Shown here: positions 26,741 through 39,125 of the stretch, in pieces | How positions within the stretch are numbered: position 1 is the stretch's first letter | Layout: each line of letters opens with the position of its first letter | NCBI RefSeq assembly: GCF_009834535.1 | Contig: NC_045696.1 | Location: forward strand, 31,188,001-31,252,000 | DNA from: Camelus ferus | Lineage: Eukaryota | DNA length: 64,000 nt | Reading direction: 5' to 3' | Position numbers and translations under genes: made by a program | Notes under the pieces: generated by a model | What the model saw: the letters and a program-made list of their open reading frames with translations, nothing else | Database searches by the model: none | Told to the model about the DNA's origin: nothing

Positions 26741-28440
26741 AGGCATTCATTGAATCAATGCCTCTAAATATTGTAGGACATGATTTTGTTAATGCATCAC
26801 TGGAAAATTCCTTCAATTTTCTGCTTAAATTAAGATGTGCATAGACAGAAAATTTTCCTCTGACCAGCTTTTCTTTTTCTTTTTATGCTATTTAACCATC
26901 ACCATTTATTGGAACACAGAAGCATTTCTAAAGATATGTCAAGAAAAAAAATCCAACACCCACCACCACTAGCAAACTACAATGAATCTAACAACAGACT
27001 TTACCACTTAGTTTTAAAGGTCATTTGTGTGCTGGCAAAATACAAGTTTAAAAGGTTAGATTTCATGAAGCTTTAAATACCGAATCAAAGTTCTGTTTGC
27101 ATTAGCTTTATTCAGTGTCGCTTCCATTCTTCCATCTCCCTATAAACCTCTTCAGGAAACGTCTGCTTAGCTTTCTTTCAGGAAGAAAGCCCAAGGCGAA
27201 GTACCGGAGAAATATTTAAAAATTTATTCGCATCCTAAAGAAAAAAAGTAGGTTATCTAACTTAGTCCATTTGTGGAAGTTTATTATAATCAATATTGCT
27301 TTATAAAAATGTCTATTATCTAGAATATTCATAAGTTATTAACTCATGTTATTGTTCTTAGTCTAAAATGCTATGAAACCCAAGACATTTTGTTTATCTT
27401 AATTTTTTCAAATGAATAGAATTGATTTTTCTCCTTATAAAATATTTTTGTTAAATTTATAAACACACAGGCCTATTGACTTCAAATTACTTTTGTTTTT
27501 CCTTTGAATTGAAAATTATCCTATAATTAAGGCAAATTTTTTGTTCACTTCTGTGATACATCTGTGTGGTTTCAGAAGGCCAAAATATGTCAATTGTGAT
27601 GCTGGCAAATTTCATCTCAGCTGTTAAAAAATGACTTATCTGGACATTGATTCATCACAATTAAAAATGGGGTGAGATTCTCTAAAGGAAAGAACTTGAA
27701 ATATTGTTAGGAGCCCAAGTGATTCACAGTTAAGAGACACATAGGAGACTGGCAAGAACTGTTTTTAATAATGGTGAATGATGCCTCTTTTTATACTTTA
27801 TGTGCTTGTAAAGTATGTGATGAAAAATGGTCTGAAAAGATAAAGTAGAATTATAAGTCTTCAGCAAAGCAGAAACAGAGGAAAATAATAGTATGATAAG
27901 TACTCAAGTGAATTTAAGAATATAGAACAGAATGGTTATTCTCTTGCACACTGGGAAAAAAATTAAAACTGCATTTTTAATAAAGAATGGCATGGACAAC
28001 TCTGCAAAGGCATATATGGACATCTCAGGACTAGGAAACAGCAAAGAGTCCCAGACATCTTCAGTGACTACATTTGGGAAAAATGCCATTCACCTTTATA
28101 GATGTCAGATAGATCACTGCTTTAGTTTCTTTGTATCTTCAGGTCTTACAGCCATTAAACAAGAATAAACTACATAGGTACTCTTTTCTAAAATGTAATA
28201 TAAACCTGGATTTGGTATGATGCAATTTCTTGGGGAATGGGGTAAATACATTTAGTTCAACAAGTATGCCCCATCCCGCAATCACTGTGTAAAACAGGGT
28301 GGCATATGTAAAAAGTGAAATTTCACAGTCCTTTCAGACTCATAATAGATTCCTATTTTTTACTGCATTAGTTGTACTACTTTCTTTGGTAAAAGTGACT
28401 TGAAAAGCAAACTGAAAGATAATATCAGAAAGTGCAGTTC

Positions 28441-28551
28441 AACAGATGGAAAGATATGCCATAGTCTTGGATTGGAAGAATCCATATTGTTAAAACGGTC
28501 ATACTCCTCAAAACAATATACAGATTCCGTGTAATCCCTATCAAATTACCA
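28441..28551 (+). mobile_element. Isolated ~110-bp L1 ORF2 fragment
   Basis: GATGGAAAGATATGCCATAGTCTTGGATTGGAAGAATCCATATTGTTAAAACGGTCATACT...ATCCCTATCAAATTACCA (WKDIPCSWIGRINIVKM region, decayed). Confidence 0.9.
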
Positions 28552-28698
28552 CACTCTCTACTTTCCTAAATCCTAAATTTATCAGATTATTTTGGTCCTG
28601 AAAAAAAGTGGTTATAGTTGCAACCAGACAGATTGACCTTGATCCTGAGACAGGCTAGATCTGTCAGCTGTTATTTTTTCTTTGTTTGTTAACTGTGA

Positions 28699-28872
28699 AA
28701 ATTCGTTTGAAGTAGTAATGCAAACTAATTGAATGTGATCAATTATATTAAAGGTTTATAATGTCCAGGCACTTGTCACCTATACAAATTCGTTTGAAGT
28801 AGTAATGCAAACTAATTGAATGTGATCAATTATATTAAAGGTTTATAATGTCCAGGCACTTGTCACCTATAC
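28699..28872. repeat. Perfect 87-bp tandem duplication (2 copies)
   Basis: 28699-28785 is identical to 28786-28872 (AAATTCGTTTGAAG...CACCTATAC). Confidence 0.97.
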
Positions 28873-30022
28873 AACAAGGAAAGTAGAGGAGTGCCTGCTG
28901 CCAAAGTCAGAGTTAAAACAAAACTAAAGGAGAAACTTCTATTGTAATTTTCCACTTCATAAAACCTACACATTATGTATCTTATCCTTCATATGTCATT
29001 CAACCGTTCATTACATTCCAAAGTAAATAACCATCACTGAAATTATCAGTCTTTGTTTTGTGCTTCTCCAAGATCAGTTTAAGAGGAATCTCATGAACAG
29101 TTTAATTTTGATGACAACAATTTATATTTGTAATACGATAAATATGTTAAAGGAACCAAAGAAAACTTTGAGACAATCTCCAAATATATAAAATTGCAAA
29201 TATACAGCAAACACGCGAAATGAAAAACAACCAAGTGACAGAATTGGGTCAGGATTCAGAGTGCTTTAACATAAAAACTATCAAAGTCCACTGATGTTTT
29301 AAGTAGCACCAGATATTTAGAATTAAAATAGATCTGCTTTCTTCAGGGCTTCATTGCTCACAAGGTAAAAGGGATAACCAAACTCTATTAAATACTGTCA
29401 GACTAACTGCAAGAGAGAAAAGATTCACAGAAAGAGCAAAAAAAAAAAAAAAAAAAAAAAAAAAGCATATGTAGGATTCATACGTATACATATAAAGGAG
29501 GTGCTAGCTCTCCCTCAGCCTTCTCTTTTGCCTACTGTACCACAGAATAAAAGGGCTCTAATCTCACTCTCTCTCTCTCTCTCTTTTTTTTTTTTTTTTT
29601 CCAGACAACAGCTTTAATGAAAGATGAGAACAGATCTAGCCTCTCCTACCTTCGAGATCCTGGTGGTGTTGCCCTCAGGCTCTGAATATCCAGGTGTCCT
29701 GCAGCCCAAGAACGCTCTACTGTTTCTTATCTCTGCTCATTGTTCTCCTAACCTATCTTTGTGGGGCAAGAATTTTTACTGTATCACCAAAGTTAAGTCC
29801 CCAGCTTTTATATTTCCCTTTTTGGATATAACAGTTCATGGTGGTAGTAGGCATATGGAGCGGGCCGTTTTAACCTGATCATTGAAGAAACAGAAACAGA
29901 ACTGTGAATGCTCTGATGTAGAAGGGCTGTCTTGATAGTAACAAAAGTTAGGAAAATCAGTAGGCTAGAGTAAATCTAAATACTAAAGGAGTTTTGAGAC
30001 TTGTGGTCTGGAGTAGGGGGAA

Positions 30023-30402
30023 TGTATACTAGTCAGCTTGGGCTGCCATAATAAAATCCCATAGACTGGGTGGCTTAAACAAATGAAATTTATTTTCTCA
30101 AGTTCTAGAGGCTGGAAAGTCAAAGATCAAAGTTCCAGCAGGATTTGGCTTCTGGAAAAGGCTCTCTTCCTGGCGTGCAGATGGCTGTTTAATCCCACAT
30201 GGTCCTTCCGAGGTGCAGGCACATGGAGAGAGCGAGCAGCTCCCTGGTGTCTCATAAAAACACTAATCCTATGGGATCAGAGTCCCCCATTGTGACCTTA
30301 TTTAACCTTCATTACTTCCTTACACGTCTCTAAATAGAGCCACACAGCTGGGTAAGCGCATCAACATATGAATTTTGAGGGGACACAAACTTTAGTCCAG
30401 AA
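30023..30402 (-). mobile_element. MaLR solo LTR (MLT1A-like)
   Basis: TAGTCAGCTTGGGCTGCCATAATAAAATCCCATAGACTGGGTGGCTTAAAC...CAACATATGAATTTTGAGGGGACACAAAC. Confidence 0.9.
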
Positions 30403-33400
30403 GAGGGAGTGAAACTTCAAGTGGCATCAGCAGATGCAGCGTACGGAACACTGCCTACCCGATACCCCACAACTTGGCAAATGTAGGCCTTTCTCGCATT
30501 ATTTCCTGGACACACAGAGAGACTAAAGTAACAGTGTGATTCTGAGTTTTGGAATGAGTCTTAGAATAATCTCTGAGAGAACAGATGCTACTTGCTCCCT
30601 GCTTATTTAATTTTTTTTTAACTTTCTGATTCTCTACACTGTCTAGTCACTTCTATTGTTGATTTTATGAGAAAGACTGAGTTAGAGACTTCAGAGCAGA
30701 CAGAGAAAAAAAAAAAAAGGAAAACTGTCTGTTAAATTTATAATGACTTGGTGGGGAAATCAGGAAAATGTCTGTGAGGAAATATAAAAATATAACAGAA
30801 GAACAAGTCTTGTAAGAAGGCATAGAGTCATGTAATAAAAAGTGGAGGGAAAAACCAAACTCCCCATCTTTTTTATAGAAAATTCAAAGATCACTCCATC
30901 TCCAGTCTTCTATTCTGTGATGCTACTAAAGAGTCAATATATTTCATGTCTCTTCTCTCACATGATCACAAAGGCAATGAGGTACTAATATGCCATTCTT
31001 CCTCTATTCCCACCATGGACTGTGGCTCTAATTAACTAAGTTTTGGTTCTTGAGTTGTTTGTAGATAGCCTCTGTGAATATTTTATCCTAGATCAAGAGA
31101 GGCAGTCGAATCTTAATTAAAAAAAATAGAGATCACTTTACAATGACACATGCTCCTTGATCATTTGAACCTCTATTTTATTAGAATATATTACACATTT
31201 TTCATATTGCACATTCCTTGCATTCAATTTCTTGTGAAGGTGCCTGGGCAAAGTTGTCTGTCAAGATTTAGTAGTCCTCATTAAAACCAAGTTAGAAGCT
31301 GAGTCTACAACTTCAAATTCTTAGTATGATGCTTCACTGTAATGTCCCAGGGTACTTGAGGATTTTGGAAAACAATTAATTGATGTTTAATATAGTTTCT
31401 CTTCCCCTATGATTGAGACATGTTTTATTCAGCTTGTCATGATGATATTTTTGTCTTAGCATAATGGAATAGGATGGCCACTTTTGTATGTTTATTTAAA
31501 GTGACACATTGATCTACTTTAATTCTGCATCAAAGAAGGAAAGAAAGAAGGATGGAAGGAAGGAGAGAAGGAAGGAAACAATATTGTTTATCTATCAAAA
31601 AGATTTTTTGTTTTATTCAAAACCTAGACTTCAAGAATTGAATTACAGGAGGTGCCACTGTCCTGTGTTGAAATGTTATATTAAGCACCTGGGATGATTT
31701 AGATTACTACTCAGTCTTCTATATTTTTCTGTAATTGATATAAATGCCAGCAATTTGCATATCTCAAAAAAATTAAAATAAGACATTGTCAAGAAAATCC
31801 CAAAAGAATTAGTGATAGCTTTTTGAGAGAAACTTGACCTCTCTATAAGAATGTAGTCAGAACTAAGGATGCTGGAAATGTCAGGGTGATATTTGACATA
31901 TGTAAAAACCTTCACCAAATTAGTGTGCCTTGTCCAAATATCAGTATTTTTTCCTTAAACACTAGAATAAAAGTAAAAATATGTATCAAAATAAAACAAA
32001 ACTTTCTACATAACTTCAGCGAATCCAAATAATCTTGATGTTTATGTATGGACCTCAAGGTAAGAGTCAGTATTATAGGTCTATCTAGAAATAGAGACTC
32101 TGAGAAATAAAGTAGTATATCTCTCTTCACTATTTTTAAATCAACTTTTTTATATTACTGCAAATAAGCTTCTGTTTGTTACTTTTTTATACCTTCAAAC
32201 CCTAATATACATGCCGAAGCCAATCTAAAGTATGAAACTTTCATAAAACATCCAATGTTCCTCTAGAACATTGAAAGACTTATGTAATTCTTAGCAAGAT
32301 TTTTTTCATATTGCCAATACTGCTGGGAAAAATAGCAAAAGCTTTTTAATAAGTCATTTTAATGAGCTATGGTCCCCTTCCCACATTGTTTTTGCATGTA
32401 TGTAGTGTTTTTGATAACTTTTGCAGGTTCTTTTCTCCAAATATTCCAACTATCTATTAACCATCTAAGATGATGAAACACAGAATAATGTCTGTGTAGT
32501 GTAAAAAAAAGTAAAAAAAAAAAAGAGAAAAAAGTGAATGTCTTGGAGATTTATTAGCTAAACTTTCTGCTCTTCGTTACTTGTGTGCACACTTCCCATT
32601 AAATGTAATGAGTTATGGAAGTGCCATTACTTTGTGTTTGAAGCTTCTGTTGTGCTATTTTCTGTGTTGGACTTAACCGACATCAGCAATAACAGAACAG
32701 ATACTTACTGAGTTAAAGATAGCAGAACTGGAACTTTTTTATATGTATGCTGTGCTACTAATTTTATGTGTCATGGCAATCAGAGCTATTTCTAACTAAT
32801 TAAACTCTGAATACAAAGTCACATAAACATTTAAACAATTGTTTGCATTGTTTTCATTCTTCCTCTTGTAAGCATTTAGAATAAAAAAAGATGCAGATCT
32901 AAAGTGATCATGCCTTTAAAACAATGAAAAGTGCTTAAATACTTCACTCACTGTGGATGCAATCAAACCTTGTTAAAAGTAAGTACTAGATACTCTGCAT
33001 AGGTGTAATGAAGAAAAAAGATCCTCTTCTAAAATTTTGAGCATTCTTTTTAAACTTAACTTTCTGTAACTCTGTAAATAAAAATGAATGCAGAATGCTT
33101 ACAAAAGGAAAAAGTAGACAGGAAGGGAGAAGAAAAGAAGGGAGGGAGGGACAAAGGAAAAAGGAAGAAGAAAGAGGGGCAAGAGAGAGTAGGCTGTAAT
33201 TCTGCCAGTTAGTTGATCCATGAAAGAACAATCCATTCAAAGATTCAGGATGTTTAGGTTTTTCCTCAAAATTAATGGTTCATTTTATAAATATATAACT
33301 ATTATGAAAACAAGTATTTGTGTTTTTGCTATAATAGAGATTCATGAAGAAAACATTTTTTATTTTTCCACATCTTTTTTACATTTTTCACTTTAAAATT

Positions 33401-33668
33401 TTTATTCATTCAAGAAAACAGGTGTTAGCTTGAGAACAGCTTAATCTTTTAACTATCTGGCCTATAATCAGATATTTAAGGTTGAATTACCTCAGCATTT
33501 TTTAAATACTTACCTCCTTAACACACAGTGACACAATCAGCCCCACTAACAAATATTTATGGTAAAAACATATTACTGTCACACCCTTTTCAGAAGAAAT
33601 TCATATTTTGCTCTAGTGTAAACACTCCAGTGTAATTAGTCTGGGTTCATCTCAAGATGGGAGACAAC

Positions 33669-34100
33669 TGTCAGCCGAGGGAGGCTGATGTGGGGTTCTA
33701 GGAGGTGAGCGGCCCAAATGAAAAAATGCACGGACTTCACCGGACAGACTTCAACCGGACAGACTTCAACCGGCGACACCATGGGGTTAACAACACTTTA
33801 TTGCCACAGGGAGGTGTGCACCTATGATGCACCTGTCCTGCTTTTATCTGTTTGTTGTCAACACATGCGCAGTCTGAGTTTCTTTGTTCATTAGGCTTAC
33901 AGAATATCTCTAGCACATGCGTACTTCTATTTTCTTTGTTCTAAATCATATATAATTGACGCATGCGTGGAGCAATTATTTACAGCATACTACAAACATG
34001 CTCTGATCGTGGCCTTGGGTCCCACGGCTGTAACTCATCTCAATGCTCCGATAGTGGCCTTGGGTCCCACAGCCTTAACTCATCTCAAGACCAGCTCACA
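33669..34100 (-). mobile_element. CpG-rich ERV solo LTR, 432 bp, family unassigned
   Basis: TGT...ACA termini; flanks ACAAC (33664-33668)/ACAAT (34101-34105) as imperfect 5-bp TSD; minus-strand AATAAA and GATAAAAG in LTR order; internal 15-bp and 45-bp repeats. Confidence 0.8.
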
Positions 34101-34229
34101 ACAATATTTCCTTTTTTCCTAAAGCTAGTGAAGTTTGGTGGGAAAGGATGATGAATGCAGTGCAGCTCTACTCATAGTGTGAGGAATAAATATTCAACAA
34201 ACCAATGATATGTAAATGATATTACAAAT

Positions 34230-34622
34230 TGTGAATAGTTTATACATCAATTTCACCTGGCCACAATACCCATGTATTTCAAACAGCAGTCTAGGTGTTG
34301 CTGAGAAGTAATTTTTAGATAAGATTAATGTTTAAATCGATATACTTTGAGTAAAGCAGATTCCTTTCCATAGGGGTGGGTCTCAGCCAATCAGCTGAAA
34401 AGAATGAGGTCCTTTGGGGACGAGGCAATTTTGCCTCCAAACTGCCTGCAGTCTTGAGCGGCAATACCAAGTCTTCTTTGCATCTCCAGTCTGCCGTCTT
34501 ACCTTGGAGATTTTGAATTTGCAGCCACCATATTCATGTGAGTCGATTCCTTAAAATAAATCTTTTTATTTTTAGACACATTTTCTATTGGTTCTGTTTC
34601 TCTGAAGAACTCTGACTAAGAG
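34230..34622 (+). mobile_element. ERVL solo LTR (MLT2-like)
   Basis: TTTGAGTAAAGCAGATT...CCAATCAGCTGAA...TTCCTTAAAATAAATC...CTATTGGTTCTGTTTCTCTGAAGAACTCTGACTAA. Confidence 0.88.
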
Positions 34623-35275
34623 ATGAATACTCTTGCATATTATGCCCAATAAACTCACCCAGTAAATTCAAAATGCAGCCAATTCAAAAAGTCAAAAAAT
34701 AGTAAAATAATAATCAGAGGACTAGAAAAACATTTCAAATGATACACTCAAAATTTTCCCATGATTATTCTTCATATCAGTTATGTATCCTATGGCTTAA
34801 ATATTTTAAGATATTCTATATCAAAATGTTGTATATTACTTTATTTTATGTGACACAACATCCATATACTTCACTATAAAAATATACATAAAATAATGAA
34901 TATTCAGCCATAGGAGTCCAGGTTTTCTCAGATTTTTTTTGAAGTACAAGAATATTAACAGATACATTCATAAATTCAGAACTGGTTAAAAACTGCATGA
35001 ATATTTCTATCTTTATATTTCAAAAAATATAATATTGTGATTATTTATCTATGATGAACTGCAAAAAATATGTTAGTATTAGCTATCAATGGATAAATCT
35101 GAATTTGATTTAATAAATATGAAAAAAGAATTAAAATTCTATTTCATACTAGTTACCTAGTCTCGATCACAATTTGATAGAGAGATGTATCTTTTTACTA
35201 TTTAAGGCATAGAAAACATTGGTATTAAAGAATAAACAAAGAATAATTTTCAAAAATTATGTTTCTTAGTTCTAT

Positions 35276-35495
35276 TGTTATTGAACCAAACTTGGTTCTG
35301 TCTACTGACATCCAGTTCTGGTGAAGGAAAGTTCAGTGTTTAGTATAGAGCGCCAAGAAAGGAGTCCAGGGCAGGTACTGCTTAAAAGGCGAGAACTTGC
35401 TTGGTGTCCTGCAATAAACACTTCACCACAATCGGGTGTCAGTAAATTGGCTTTACTGAGCATGGGCGAATAGACTCAAGTTTGGTTCAGTAACA
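35276..35495. mobile_element. Palindromic element of two inverted ERV1-type LTR 3' ends
   Basis: 19-bp terminal inverted repeat with 18/19 match and further collinear inverted blocks; AATAAA at 35413-35418. Confidence 0.75.
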
Positions 35496-35739
35496 CTGCT
35501 ATGGAAATTTAATAGGAGTCACAATATACATAACCAAATATGTTGAAAGAAAAATCTATTCTTTTAGAAGACGTTCTTGAAATAACCTAATGAGTAAGAT
35601 AAGTGGAAAGTACTTATAGTACTATAGCATTAATGGTGGTTAACATAATAAAAATCATATTGCTTTTTAATAAAATATCTGCTATTTTGGGATGCAATCA
35701 TTTTAAAAGAAATCTGAAGATGCATTCTTCTAGGACCAG

Positions 35740-35767
35740 CAGAGAGAGAGAGAGAGAGAGAGAGAGA
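35740..35767. repeat. (GA)n microsatellite
   Basis: Direct reading. Confidence 0.95.
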
Positions 35768-35934
35768 CCAATAACTCAAGTAAAGAATTTCCTCTCTCTA
35801 ATAATCCATGTTTCAAAAATTTTCCCTTTACTTTTGCTCTGAGAAAGATCAAGTAAGATACTCATTCAATTTATTAAATCTTAATTTAAAAATCAAACAA
35901 GTGACCGAATATTTTCTTAGCTATATTATCTGAC

Positions 35935-36440
35935 CAATGTCTTTAGCAAAGACAACTAGGAACATACTTGCATTGCAGTAAGGAAAGACTATACACATAG
36001 TAGAAGAGACTGTTGGGCATCCAGTAAGAGGGCATTAGAAAGGACTTCTTATACATTTTAGACTTGTGTTCTGTGATTTTGGGGAGAGTTTAATAGGTGG
36101 GGTTTTGCTCTTAGATTAGATTGGTTTTACTGTCAGAAAATGGGGGCAGGGGCAGAGATTCTGTGTCTGTGTATCTTCTTATTTAAAAGTCTAGAGGGAG
36201 GGTAAAACTTAATTGGTAAAGAGGCAGCTGTCCTTCATTTCAGTCTGATCATCTTTATGGTTTGGACAATATTAATTTTCTGTGTTCAGACCTGAGTACA
36301 AAGTGGTCTTGTTTTTGTTTTGAACCATTATGGTCAGAGTGACTTTACTGATGCTGATATTCTATGAAATTGTTTATGTTCAACAGGAGAATACCAAGAC
36401 CTAGATGACAGGTCCCAGATGTCAGGGACAATTTCTCTCA
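35935..36440 (-). mobile_element. Old ERV1-type LTR (family uncertain)
   Basis: GTGGTCTTGTTTTTGTTTTGAACCATTATGGTCAGAGTGAC...GAAATTGTTTATGTTCAACAGGAGAATACCAAG matches a recalled eutherian ERV1 LTR in reverse; ends ...TCTCTCA. Confidence 0.65.
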
Positions 36441-36449
36441 AACAATTTA

Positions 36450-37250
36450 TATGTCCCTCTCCAATGTCAGTCTCCTAATCTGTTTTCTGCTGTTAATCTT
36501 ACTTTTTTCTTACCTAGTTTTTACTGTGATTTTAAAAACACATTGCGGTCATGCCCATTTCTCTGCTTATAACCCTCCAACGACACCATTCTGCCTTCAA
36601 AACAAAGTCCAACCTCCTTAACAAGGATTAGAAGGCTCCTCAGTGCCTTGGCCCAGCCCATTTATCCATAGAGATTTGGGAGACGGCAGGCTGGAAAGGC
36701 TCTACCTCAATGGCTTGACCCAGCCATCACTCTGGTATAGAAAATTGGCATTTACTCATTTTATGAAAAGGGTGAAGCAACCGCATTTTCAAGCTTCTTT
36801 TTCCAAACAGATTGCTGCTCCTAAACCTGTCCATCCTGTGAGACCTCCAGTACAAACGGGGGTGCACCTCTGTGTGCGCACATGCAGATACACTTTCACC
36901 CTAACCTCCAACTACAATTATTTCATTTCTCCTAATGTGATATTCTGTCTTTTGCCTCGGAGACTTAGCTCATGAGTTCTGTCAGATTAGCATACCCACT
37001 GCTGTTACTCTTATTTTATTGTCCCACTCCTCCTCCAAACACTGTGGATGTTCTGATTTATTACTCACAGCTCAGTTTAGAAGTCACTCTCTTTTATTTG
37101 TGCAAGGAAGACCATAACAGGTCTGTCTTCCCTATTAATTTGGAAGCTCACTGAAAGTCCATGACATTTATGCCTTTGCATTTTCAGTATCCAGAACTGC
37201 ATTTGACCTGTAGTAGGTGTAGTTAATAAAGGTAGCTTAATATTAGTAAG
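36450..37250 (+). mobile_element. L2 3' region, degraded and interrupted
   Basis: CTCTGCTTATAACCCTCCAACG...AAAACAAAGTCCAACCTCCTTAACAAGG and terminal GTAGTAGGTGTAGTTAATAAA. Confidence 0.6.
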
Positions 37251-38176
37251 AATTTAGAATCTTTTAATGTGAAATTATTTTCACCTTTCTTCCAACCTAT
37301 GGTTAACACGTTTCATATAGTTATACATATATACATAATTATACTTCTAATTTCCTGACTTAACCTATCTGTTCAATGTAACATTAAAACAGATGATAAT
37401 GTATTTGAGTATTGTTCTGCCCTCACACTCATCCATCATTGTTAATCTTTGATATTTTCTGAGTTAATGATAATCAGGGGTCATGGCTCTTTTATTTTGA
37501 CTCACATCATTTTCCACTCTTTTTGAAACATAAATATATAAACCTATATTATAAAAAAGGGAAAATAAGAAAGAAAAATATCAAAGATTTTCCCTTCAAG
37601 GATGTTGTCACTAAAATATAGGAGAGTTTTTTCTTGGCCACTGTAAACATTATTCAAATTTTGAAATATAAAAAAAAGATGTCTTTGGCACTTCTTATTT
37701 CTTTATGGCTTTTATTTGTATGTGTGTGAGAATATTACTTTTCTAACTGCATTTGGCACTATCAATAGTTAATGTAAAATTAGCTTGCATTCCACAAAAT
37801 AAATGAACTGAAGAAAAGAGACTGATCTTCCTAGTAAAAGTAGAGACAACAGTATAATTTTTTTTTTACCCTTTGCTTTAGGTTCCACAAAAATTTGTTA
37901 AAATAATAACTATTGGGACAAGAGTGATAGTGAATTTCAAAAACAATGTAAGTTTTTAAAAAATTACAGGAAATAAAGCCAAGTTTCTTGCTCTTAGCAA
38001 TAGCAACATATTCTTTGCTATTATCCCTAGATCAACAAATGAATTTAAACAAATAGAAATAAAAATAATATAGTCATTGGTTGCAAGTAAATTTAACACA
38101 CATTATATATGTGGAACAACAGTCTTCAAGCAAAACCACAGTACATGCACACTTCAACATTTTATTTATTTCACTT

Positions 38177-38204
38177 TGTGTGTGTGTGTGTGTGTGTGTG
38201 TGTG
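38177..38204. repeat. (GT)n microsatellite
   Basis: Direct reading. Confidence 0.95.
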
Positions 38205-38365
38205 ATCTTGCAGGACTGGACCCTACACATGTAGAATCCGATACCTTCTCTGGGTAGACAGTGTCATAATTGATTTGAATTCTCAGACACTCTGCTGGGG
38301 TTCAAGAATGGCTTCTTAGTAAGGGGAGCCCTTCTTCCCAACGCACACATGTTGGAATTGGGTTC
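38205..38365 (+). mobile_element. MER21-like LTR 3' fragment
   Basis: TCTTGCAGGACTGGACCC...CTGGGTAGACAGTGTCATAATTGATTTGAATT. Confidence 0.65.
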
Positions 38366-38999
38366 AGGAACTCAAGGCAGGGTTTGAGAACAAGCTTTTC
38401 ACCTGGTAGGGATCAAAGTACATGTGAGAGGAGCTTCCTCATGCCAAGCATTTAGGTTGTCCTAGACATCAATGTATAACTTACAGTAGGAAAGAAGAAC
38501 ATTAGCTAATCCAGAAAAGGTGTTAACTGGACATTCACTAAGATACTGTCTACTGTTTCAGAGCATGTAAGGGAAAGTAGTTAAGTTAATTAAAGTAAAC
38601 TGTTCTCAAGTCTCTTCAAAGATTTTACATGGTCTATGCACAAGGTGTACTGAATATACAAATCAAAAATTCTTATCTGTTGCTTTAAGCAGACATCCCA
38701 AGGATTTCTATATATTCTATGTATGTGAAAAAAATATATAATGCTTTTAAATATGTGATGAGCTGAATATTTTACAAAATTAATATAAAAAATCATAGCT
38801 CATTTAAATAGGATTTCTTTTGTCTACTTTACAGGAAGTTTTGGTGTCTGCCAAAAGAAAATCTAAAGTTTAGAACACGATAGCAATTAAAATAATATTT
38901 TATTATTAACTTTATCAATAAAGACATGCGCTGGCACTAATATTCAAGCAATAGATCACTCATTCCTGAATTACTGCATGTACAACTGTGTGTTATATC

Positions 39000-39125
39000 T
39001 TTTATATGTACCCCATACTTTTCACTGTGGTTCATTAAATGGCAGGAACACGTCTTACTCATCATTGTATATTCATTGCAAACAATATGTAGTAGGCATT
39101 TGATACACATTTGTTGAATGAATTG
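39000..39125 (+). mobile_element. L2 3' tail
   Basis: GGCAGGAACACGTCTTACTCATC...GTAGTAGGCATTTGATACACATTTGTTGAATGAAT. Confidence 0.7.

Noticed and set aside
27182..27247. Possible exon after TTTCTTTCAG with several CpGs
   Set aside because: Weak donor, two frames closed, remaining peptide unrecognised.
28699..28872. CRISPR-like array
   Set aside because: Two abutting copies with no spacers, in mammalian DNA.
29438..29464. Long A run as a retroelement tail
   Set aside because: No upstream SINE/LINE body, poly(A) signal or TSD evident.
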